A stretch of 32,333 nucleotides of DNA. Source: a bacterium. Lineage in GTDB: Bacteria > UBA9089 > CG2-30-40-21 > SBAY01. Below, piece after piece: positions 18,202 to 26,700 of this stretch; the first letter of the stretch is position 1; each line of letters opens with the position of its first letter. Below the pieces are notes generated by a model that saw nothing but the letters and a program-made list of their open reading frames with translations, searched no databases and had not been told where the DNA came from. Location of the stretch: contig JBFLYA010000015.1 of the NCBI GenBank assembly GCA_040757115.1, positions 1-32,333 on the forward strand, given 5' to 3'. A program made the position numbers and the translations under genes.

Positions 18202-19974
18202 CTATTTTTCTTCTCCAGTAATAATTTTAGGGGTAAGTAAAATAACAAGTTCTGAGTTAAGTTTCTTAGTCGTCTCTTTCTTAAATAAATAGCCCAGATA
18301 TGGGATATTCCTTAAGAAAGGTACTTGAGCAATCTCCTTGGTTTTCTCTTCCTTTACTAACCCACCAATAACAATGGTCATCCCATCTTTTATCCTTATT
18401 TCGCTTTCTACATTAGAAGTCTCTACGACAGGGAGGTTATCATTTACATATCTTGTTACAGCACTTACTTCGGGTTTTATCTTTATAGTAACAAAATCAT
18501 CCTCACTTATCTTTGGGGTAACAAAGAGTTTTACGCCCACATCAATATAAGTTACCTTTTGCACCTTAATCGGATTCCCTTGTTGTGGAACTACAGTCTC
18601 TTCAGTGATATAAGGCACATTACTTCCCACTAAAATTTTTGCTTCTTCCCCGCTTATTACTGCTACTTTGGGGGTAGAGAGTAATTTTGTATCTCCAATA
18701 GTCTTTAGTGCCTCTAAGAGTATATGATAATCATCGGTATTTAATACCCCTGCCTCTATCCGAATTCCTGCCTCACCTTGGGTTAACGCACCAAGGTTAG
18801 TCTTGATATTCAAGTTATCCGTCTGCTGGGCTAAATATTCCCAGTCTATCCCAAATTTAAACTCATCTGATAAATTTACCTGGATAATTTTTGCCTCAAT
18901 TACTACCTCTTTTGTCTGGGTATCACAGGTAGTAACAATCTCTTTAATCCTCTTTATCTGACAAGGCAAATCACTTACTATAACCTTATTTGTCCTTTTA
19001 TCCATCTTAACTGTTCCTATCTCTTTAGTTAGCTCATCCTTTATCTTTTCGACTATTTCTTCTGGTTTAGCATAGTTAAGGGTAAAAATTTCTGTGCTCA
19101 GCTCGGGATAGTTATCAAACTCTGTAATCAATTGGGAAATTACCTCTACCTTTTCAGATATATCCGTAACAATAATCTTCTTATTTAAAGAATCCGTTTG
19201 AAGTTTTCCATCTCGGGATAGGAGACTCTTTAATACTGGTTCTAACTTCTGGGGTTGGGCATAAGTAAGGGTAAAAGTCTTTGTTATTGATGGGGTATCT
19301 AATACTTTGATAATCTCTTGCATCTGCTGGATTAATTCTGGTAAATCAATAATAATAAGTTTATTTGCCCGTTCATCTATAAATATTTTACCGTCTCTGC
19401 TCTTTACTCCATTAAGTAATTGAAGGATGGAAGTCGGTTGAGCATATTTTATTTCAAGCATTCTAAGTATTTTGCGGTCGTTCGCCTTTTTACCATATAA
19501 CTGTTCATATTCATGATTAGCCATAACCTTAATTAATTCATCTTTCTTTTCATAAGCTAAATCATTCACCTCGCAGATGACCTTTAATGCATCTTCTACA
19601 CTTATCTCCTCTAAGAATATCGTAACTCTACCCTGCACATTCTTGCTGGCAACTATATTCATTCCACCTTTTTTAGCCAGGATATTAAGCACATCGATTA
19701 TTTCCATATTTTTGACATTAATGGTTATTTTATTACTCAGGGTGCGTTTAGTTGGGGTTTGAATTTCGGCAGGAGGTATCTCTATTTCTCTATCTGTTGT
19801 CGGTAATGGAGGTTGTGGTCTTTCTTGTTCTAATCTCAGTTGTTCCTTTATTTTTTCCCGGACCTCTTGAGGTAATGTCTCAGGAGGAAGTGGTATTTCC
19901 TTTGATTCCTCTGCTTGAAGAGGGGATAAAGATAAAACGATAAGTAGACATAATAATATTTTTAATTTATTCAT
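18202..19974 (-). CDS. gspD: secretin GspD/PilQ family with STN and N domains
   Basis: Signal peptide from MNKLKILL, repeated N domains, VVIEAKI, LLSTPK, DVGVKLFVTP, IVIGGL, VPFLRNIPYLGYLFK, ELVILLTP. Confidence 0.95.
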   Translation of the reverse strand: MNKLKILLCLLIVLSLSPLQAEESKEIPLPPETLPQEVREKIKEQLRLEQERPQPPLPTTDREIEIPPAEIQTPTKRTLSNKITINVKNMEIIDVLNILAKKGGMNIVASKNVQGRVTIFLEEISVEDALKVICEVNDLAYEKKDELIKVMANHEYEQLYGKKANDRKILRMLEIKYAQPTSILQLLNGVKSRDGKIFIDERANKLIIIDLPELIQQMQEIIKVLDTPSITKTFTLTYAQPQKLEPVLKSLLSRDGKLQTDSLNKKIIVTDISEKVEVISQLITEFDNYPELSTEIFTLNYAKPEEIVEKIKDELTKEIGTVKMDKRTNKVIVSDLPCQIKRIKEIVTTCDTQTKEVVIEAKIIQVNLSDEFKFGIDWEYLAQQTDNLNIKTNLGALTQGEAGIRIEAGVLNTDDYHILLEALKTIGDTKLLSTPKVAVISGEEAKILVGSNVPYITEETVVPQQGNPIKVQKVTYIDVGVKLFVTPKISEDDFVTIKIKPEVSAVTRYVNDNLPVVETSNVESEIRIKDGMTIVIGGLVKEEKTKEIAQVPFLRNIPYLGYLFKKETTKKLNSELVILLTPKIITGEEK

Positions 19975-19980
19975 AAGTGC

Positions 19981-20552
19981 TTCTCCTGAAAATAGTTTTT
20001 TCACGCAAAGGACGCAAAGGTAATTTTGTCCTTATTTTTCTTTGTGGTCTTTGCGTGCTTGGCGTGAAACTTCCTTTCTCTTGAAAAATCGGACTTCTTT
20101 TCTGTTTTTTTATCTGCTCAATCCGCTAAATCCGCTTACTACTTATTTTCATCTTCATTTGTGCCCACTCACGGTGGGCATGAGCGTTTCCCCTGAAAAT
20201 AGTTAATTAGAGATTAGAGATTAGAGAATTAGAACCTGCACTCTTGCTAATCTCTAATCTCCAATCTCCAATCTCTATGCTCAATTTTCATCCCCCTTTG
20301 TGCCCACTCCCTGTGGGCATGACCGTTTCCCCTGAAAATAGTTTTTTCACGCAAAGGACGCAAAGGTAATTTTTCCCTTATTTTTCTTTGCGGTCTTTGC
20401 GTGCTTGGCGTGAAACTTCCCTTCTCCTGAAAATCGGGGTTCGGGGTTCGGATTTCGGGGGTAGGGGATTCTTTTATTCCCGAGCCCCGAGTCCCGAGCC
20501 CCTTAATTTTCATCCCACTTTGTGCCCCGCCAGGGCATGAGTGTTTCTCCTG
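19981..20552. repeat. array of five hairpin cassettes separated by TTCYCCTGAAAAT junctions
   Basis: Six junction copies, three copies of a 50-57-bp core, one cassette duplicated. Confidence 0.85.
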
Positions 20553-20562
20553 CCTACTACAT

Positions 20563-20590
20563 ATTATATATTAATTTATCCAGATGTCAA
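20563..20590 (-). promoter_or_regulatory. sigma70 consensus promoter of the gsp operon
   Basis: TTGACA (20590-20585), 16 nt, TATAAT (20568-20563). Confidence 0.75.
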
Positions 20591-20611
20591 CTATAAAGTA
20601 AAAATTTGAAA

Positions 20612-21820
20612 TTAAAATTCATAATTTATACCTAAGCTAAAATTAATAGAATGATAATTATACTTATAAGTTTGCTCATAGGCTGTGTTGGATTTTGAGA
20701 TGTCATAATAGACCTTTGCTTTTAAATTCCATCCTTTAGAAAGAGGATAAGAAGTCAGGAGAGTAAATATGTGCTCTTGCTTATCCAACTTTTCTTTTAA
20801 ATAATTTCCTTTTTTGTCCTGGAGGGGCCTTCCTTTATATTTTCGATAAATATAGTTGTAATTTAGATGACAGGGTATATCTTCACAGAGACGAAGAATT
20901 AAGGAGGGTGAAATTTTATACTCATTATAATCAAAAAAGTGAAGATAAAGGACAAGACTTTTGGTATCATAATAGTTTTGATTAGATATTCTTTGATTCA
21001 ACTCAATTGTTAATTTTACTGCTATCCAATCTTTTAGATTATTAACAAAACCTATCTCTATCCAATTGATTTTTTCCTTCCTTTTCTCCTCTGAAAAAGG
21101 ATATTCCGTTCCACTTTTAGGTTCTATTTGAACCAGATCATCTATGTAGTCTTTCCACAAATGAATATAATTAAAAGAGTAAATTTTCTCTCTACCCTGT
21201 ATATCTACCCCAACCCATATCTTATGTCCATAATAGTCTTCTACCTTATGAGGACCTTTTTTATAAGTTTTATAATATAACCCTTCATAATAAGGGTATC
21301 GTCGAAGATAGAATTTATATCCTCCTTCAAAGATTGCAGGGAGTCTGGATACATAGCCTTTATATTCTATTCGCTCTTTTATTCCCCAATCATAATAATT
21401 ATACAGACCACTGGTTAAACTTTCATCATTTGTGCCTTTTATTTGCTCCTTAAAATATTGAAGGGAAAGTTTACTTTCAATTTTATCATTGAATCTTCGT
21501 ATATAACCTAGACTTACAAATTGATCCAATAGCTTATCTGTCCAGACTACCCCTTCTTCTGTCTGGGTTTGATCTGTTTCTTCGTAAGATATTTCATAAA
21601 AAGGAATAAGAAGATTGCTTTTATCAAATTCAAAAGGTAACCCAATATTCAACTGAAGGTTAATCCCTAAAGATTTATCTTCTCCCCTTAGTTTGTAATA
21701 TCCTCCACTAAAATCTGCATTAATTAAAAAGGACTCCTTTAATGCTGCCCAGGCTGGTATATTAAAATACAGGAGTCCTAAGAGTAGTGTCCAAAATAAA
21801 ATCATTCTTTTTATAAGCAT
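20612..21820 (-). CDS. putative outer-membrane beta-barrel protein
   Basis: Signal peptide ending AWA, Tyr-rich alternating strands, C-terminal LGINYEF BAM-type signal. Confidence 0.75.
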   Translation of the reverse strand: MLIKRMILFWTLLLGLLYFNIPAWAALKESFLINADFSGGYYKLRGEDKSLGINLQLNIGLPFEFDKSNLLIPFYEISYEETDQTQTEEGVVWTDKLLDQFVSLGYIRRFNDKIESKLSLQYFKEQIKGTNDESLTSGLYNYYDWGIKERIEYKGYVSRLPAIFEGGYKFYLRRYPYYEGLYYKTYKKGPHKVEDYYGHKIWVGVDIQGREKIYSFNYIHLWKDYIDDLVQIEPKSGTEYPFSEEKRKEKINWIEIGFVNNLKDWIAVKLTIELNQRISNQNYYDTKSLVLYLHFFDYNEYKISPSLILRLCEDIPCHLNYNYIYRKYKGRPLQDKKGNYLKEKLDKQEHIFTLLTSYPLSKGWNLKAKVYYDISKSNTAYEQTYKYNYHSINFSLGINYEF

Positions 21821-21833
21821 AGAAAATTACCTT

Positions 21834-22757
21834 TTAGTACAAAACACCAAACAGATAAGTGTTAAATCCTCCCCCTACTAAAGATTCTTCACTTGCGTAT
21901 CTTAAAAATATCTTTGGTACCATAATAGTATCAATTGTCCTGCCTTCAAACTCTGTTGCTGTATAGATGGTCTCAATATTATAATCCCTTTGCAATCTTT
22001 CAATCTCTCTTAAACCTGATGGTTCCCAGCTAATGGAGTTACCTTCATCATCGATGATATAACTTTCTCTTTTTAAGAAGGTATTATTCCACCAGAAGTC
22101 TCGATTACTCCATTTTCCACCATTAGGATATTTACCGTTACTCCAATTTGGTTCATGAGCCTCAAAAGAAAAAGACTCAAAGTCAACCTTTAGTTTATCA
22201 TTATTATTCACTCGCCAGACAACTTTTTCTGGACATAAGATCCACCATTCTCCAGTTTTTTCCTTCTGGGCATTAAAAAGGTCCATTACCTCAGGTTTTT
22301 CACCAGTCCATTCATACTCTACTGAATCAATGGTGTTGGATAGATGGATAGTCTGTTTTTCTGCATACCATTCTGGATAACCTGGCCAATCCCATCTAAA
22401 GGCTATCTGAGTTATATCTTCAGGTAAATCTTTATTAAATTCTTGTAAAAACCAGAGAGAATTCAAGCTTCCTTCACGATGAGAAAAGCTTAGAAATTTA
22501 ACCTGGTCAGCCTGAGGTCTGAGCACATACTCCTCTACCCTTACCCTATTGCCGTGTATATCAGTAAGCACCTTTTCTAACTGGGCATCATATTGTCTTG
22601 TAATTTGAGTCTCCTGTCTATCAAAGGATATATCACTCCTCTCCTCTGCTATCTGGGTTCGATATTCAGCCCTTTCAGCTAAACCCAAAGCATAAGTTAA
22701 ATTACACCCAACTAAAATCATAATTCCTGCACTTCCTAAAACAAATAGTTTCTTCAT
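21834..22757 (-). CDS. exported hypothetical protein
   Basis: 307 aa, AGGAGG RBS, N-terminal signal peptide, Trp-rich. Confidence 0.8.
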   Translation of the reverse strand: MKKLFVLGSAGIMILVGCNLTYALGLAERAEYRTQIAEERSDISFDRQETQITRQYDAQLEKVLTDIHGNRVRVEEYVLRPQADQVKFLSFSHREGSLNSLWFLQEFNKDLPEDITQIAFRWDWPGYPEWYAEKQTIHLSNTIDSVEYEWTGEKPEVMDLFNAQKEKTGEWWILCPEKVVWRVNNNDKLKVDFESFSFEAHEPNWSNGKYPNGGKWSNRDFWWNNTFLKRESYIIDDEGNSISWEPSGLREIERLQRDYNIETIYTATEFEGRTIDTIMVPKIFLRYASEESLVGGGFNTYLFGVLY

Positions 22758-22820
22758 TTTTACCGCCTCCTTTTCTCAAGGGTTAAAAATAATAATGAAT
22801 TAGAATTGAGTTTGTTATCT

Positions 22821-22952
22821 ACCTAACGATAAAGTTCAGGTGCGGAGGGGAGAATTACCACAAAAGTTTGATAGCAAGATAAAACTTTGAGAGACCACAA
22901 AACTCTGACCACGGCACAGTCCCCCGCCGTCAACTGCAACGCAGGGTTAGAC
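22821..22952 (-). mobile_element. integron attC recombination site (orphan)
   Basis: Minus strand reads R'' GTCTAAC, 5 nt, L'' GTTGCAGT TGACGG ... CCGCACCTGAAC, 6 nt, R' GTTAGGT; arms pair with two extrahelical bases. Confidence 0.75.
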
Positions 22953-23052
22953 AAAAGCTCTGATTCGCTGTCTTTTCCTTTTCCTCTGCCTCACCGAATT
23001 ATTGTGCATTCCACATTCACGGTTGACCCTAAAATATCTCCTTTTTATTTTC

Positions 23053-23126
23053 TCACACAAAGCCACAAAGAACACAAAGGTTTATTGTTTTATTCAATTC
23101 CTTTGTGACTTTGTGTCTCTGTGTGA
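23053..23126. repeat. 9-mer inverted tandem-repeat hairpin
   Basis: TCACACAAAGCCACAAAGAACACAAAG ... CTTTGTGACTTTGTGTCTCTGTGTGA. Confidence 0.85.
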
Positions 23127-23312
23127 TTATTTTTATTATTCTAATCAAATGAATATTCTTCTATTAGTGTAAATTGAAGGTTTTTTATACCAGTGAATGG
23201 AAATTTATTAATATCCCCACTGCCTATCTGCTTCTTTATATTCCCAAAGAATAATCAGTCTCTTTAGTGTCTTTAGTGTCTTTAAAAAAGTTAGATCCTC
23301 TCTTTGCTATTA

Positions 23313-23750
23313 TTATGAAAAACCCAAAATCTGTTTAGCTTGTAATGTTATTTGGTAAAGCATAACAGGTTTTTTATTTATTAAAGTTTTTAGATTATCA
23401 ACCGATAAAATAGGTTCAATAAGTTCCATTATATTATTATTTAAAATATTTTCCAATTCTTTTTCAGTTATATTTTCTGGTTCAAAATAATCAGTTGTTT
23501 TTCCTTCTTTTTCATAACTAAAACGAGCTCTAACATCTCCATCCATATATTTTTGTTTTTTATGTTCTTTGTTTAATTCTTGTAAAATATAACCTACATT
23601 TATATAAAATCCTTCTGAATAAGATGATTTTTGCACTCCTATTACCAATAAAATGTCATTGGTTTCTTTTAAAAAAGAACTTCCTTTTTTAGAGAATCCT
23701 TTCTTTTTTAGAAAGTCGCTAATCACTTTTTGAAAATATATTGACTCCAT
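23313..23750 (-). CDS. DUF4304-like putative immunity protein
   Basis: FLKKKGFSKKGSSF...VIGVQKSSYSEGFYINVG; 15 bp downstream of the Rhs stop; very AT-rich. Confidence 0.75.
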   Translation of the reverse strand: MESIYFQKVISDFLKKKGFSKKGSSFLKETNDILLVIGVQKSSYSEGFYINVGYILQELNKEHKKQKYMDGDVRARFSYEKEGKTTDYFEPENITEKELENILNNNIMELIEPILSVDNLKTLINKKPVMLYQITLQAKQILGFS

Positions 23751-23765
23751 TTTTATTTATTTTCC

Positions 23766-26700
23766 TTAATAAGTTTCCAGTATAGTTTTCCATCCAGAAC
23801 CATATAAACTTTCCACTTCTTTTAAATAATTTTGAAGTTGTTTTTCCCCCAACTTTATAGCACTTGGATTATTTGGTTTTAATTCATAAATAATCTTTTT
23901 TTCAAGATCAATGAAATCTACTTTTTTACCGCTTGGCAATCTAAATTCTTTTATCCTAATTCCTTCTAAAACTTCATCAGCTTTAAAAAGTTTATGGATA
24001 GCACGACCTTTAGCGATTGCTTCGGCAACTTTGGGATTAGCAATGCCTCGCTCTCCACTCTTTACAGCTTTAAGTGCCGCGCCAATTTTTTCCGCAGCCT
24101 TTTCTCCCGCCCTTGCTGTTTTAAGTGCTACGCCAGCGCCACCTGGAACACCTGGAATAAAGGTTGCCCCTAAATCAACTATAATTGCTCCAGCGCCAAT
24201 CCAACTTGGCGCCATAGCAAACTCTACAACACCAACACCCAAGCTGGTTACATCCCAGACAGTCTCTGCTGCCTCTCCATCAGGGTCAACATACTTTAAT
24301 GGATTATTAATTCCATAGGCATAAGGATTCAATCGTTGTGGCTCCCGCAGAATTCGTTGTGATGGAACACGCTCAATCGCTGGATCTGAGATAATAAATC
24401 TACCTAATTCAGAATTATAGTACCTTGCTCCATAGTAGTATAATCCTGTCTTTTCATCAAATCTCTTACCTGTAAACCCTATCTTGTAAGCACTTCCTGG
24501 AGAAGCCTTACCACCAAAAGGATAATAATCCTGAGTGGTATAATTATCATCTAGACTATTGGTAATCACACGAGGAGAGCCAAGATAATCATTATGATAA
24601 TAGTAAGTTTGGTACTTAGTGCTCGGTAGGGGATGTTCAACTCTTGCTATTACTTGTTCATTAGCATGAATATAGAAGATATTATCAATAGGTGTTAGCG
24701 AAGTAATATCAATAGTCTTTAGTTGCTGGAAATCCTCACTAATTGTTATTATCTCAATATCATCTATATACCAGCCTTCATAATCGTTATACCACCCATC
24801 TACTGTATCAAAACTAAATTTAAGTTTTATATTATTTATAGTATAAGGTGATATATCGAAAGATTCCTCATGCCAATCTTTATAACAGGGACCTTCGTTA
24901 CAATCATTGTAAAATATCCGATGCCAGGATATACCATCATAAATCTCTACCCTCATATTATCATAGTCTCCATAGGAATAAGATTCATGTTGCCATCTTG
25001 TCTTGAATTTTAAGGTAGCATTATTTACAGTGGTCAGATCAATAAATGGTGAAGTTAACGCACCAAAATTCCTATTTCTACCAGTATCATAATTTGTTCC
25101 ATTATTATAAGCAAAACAGTATTGAGAGCTATAATTTTTGGTTTTAGAGCGATTCCACAAACCATCATATAACCAGAGATTATCCTGCGGTGCTTCCTCT
25201 TTTTCAAAATCAGCATTAAAGGAAGATGGTTCAACTCTAACATTATCTATATACCAACCTTCATAATCGTTATACCATCCATCTACCGTATCAAAACAGA
25301 ATCTTACTTTTATTAGTTTACCGGCATAAGCTGAAATATCCAATAATTCCTCATGCCAATTTGTAGATGCCTGTCCTTCATTACAATCGTTATAAAATAT
25401 CCGATTCCAACTTTTACCATCCCATACCTCTACTTTTATGTTATCATAATCTCCATAAGAATATGATTCATGTTGCCAACGGGTCCAAAATCGTAATTTA
25501 GCCGTTGTTACCTTGGTCAAATCAATAGTAGGTGAGGTTAAAATTCCAGAGTTTCTTCCACCAGTATTGTAATTAGAGCCATTGTTATAGGCAAAGCTAT
25601 AATTAGAATTATAACCTTTACCCTGTGCCCGATGCCAAAGCCCAGTTGTAGTCCATACATTTGGCTCAGGTAATGTTTCAAAATTGTCTTTAAATAAAAC
25701 AACCGATTGAACGGTTTTTGTGCTAAAATTCTCTTCGTAAATTATCTCTCCTCCAGCATTATAATGATATAGAGCAACTAAAGTAATTGTTCCATCATTA
25801 GTAAATTTCTTAACCCTTTTCCCATCTCCATCATATACATATCCCTCAAGCCACTTTCCATCTTGATTAACCTCGACTAATCTATTTTCATAATCATATA
25901 AATAGGTAAAAGTGATTCCATTATAGCTCTTAGATTTTAGGTTGCCATTATCATAATATGTATAATTATAAAGATTATCTGAGATAAGGCGGTTAGGATG
26001 TGAAGCATAATATGTGTAGTTACGAATAGAGGTGCCTGATGAATCTTGAACTCTTGACCATGTCCGATTTCCTATTTCATCATAATCATATTCTATTTTT
26101 AGATTACTTGTAGGATTGTAATCTATTGAGATTAGCCTATCTATAGAATCATAATCATATACTACAAATGGAGTGTTAGTCTGGACTAACTCATTATATT
26201 CCTCCTTAAGATTTCCTGCTGGCTCATACTTGTAATACCTGTGGAAGATAGGAGAGGTCTTAACTACTGTTACTTTCTTCATCCAACCTCGAGGATAATA
26301 GTCATAGTTAGTTATAAACTGATTATTATAAGTGATGGATGAGATATCCCCATTAGGTTCATAAAGGTATTTTTCAACTATTTTATTCAATCCTTCTACT
26401 TCAATAAAATCTACCCGATTGAAGATATTATAACTATAGATAATCTTTTTATTAGAAGGGGTAATTATCCAGTCAATATTACCTGCTGAGTTATAATGAT
26501 AGGTAGTAGTATATGTTTGACCTACTCCATTTATCTTCCTTCTTTGTTGAATTAACCTATTACACCTATCATAGCTATAATTAGTTACTCCTACATCGTC
26601 TATCATATTTGTACGATTTCCAGTACCATTTATTCCTTGATCGTAGGTATAACTTACCTTTTGAATAAAGTCTTCGCTGGACTGTGGATTGTTTACTTTC

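Noticed and set aside
5880-19943. Numerous short antisense or alternate-frame ORFs over PTS and gsp genes
   Set aside because: Overlap well-supported genes and show no motifs; 16175-16402 is a heptamer-repeat translation
19975-20004. gspD start at 20004
   Set aside because: Lies in the repeat cassette; ATG 19974 has an AGGAG RBS and begins a signal peptide
20247-20513. 88-aa ORF in the cassette array
   Set aside because: Made of repeat translations; not called as a protein gene, although uORF translation cannot be excluded
19981-20552. Second CRISPR array
   Set aside because: Units are 95-140 bp and irregular, and the intervening segments are themselves tandem-repeat hairpins
22887-23108. 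73-aa plus-strand ORF
   Set aside because: Runs through attC and a hairpin repeat; no coding signal
24750-25700. DGR template/variable repeat pair
   Set aside because: Both copies are in-frame protein domains, differences are not adenine-restricted, and no reverse transcriptase is present
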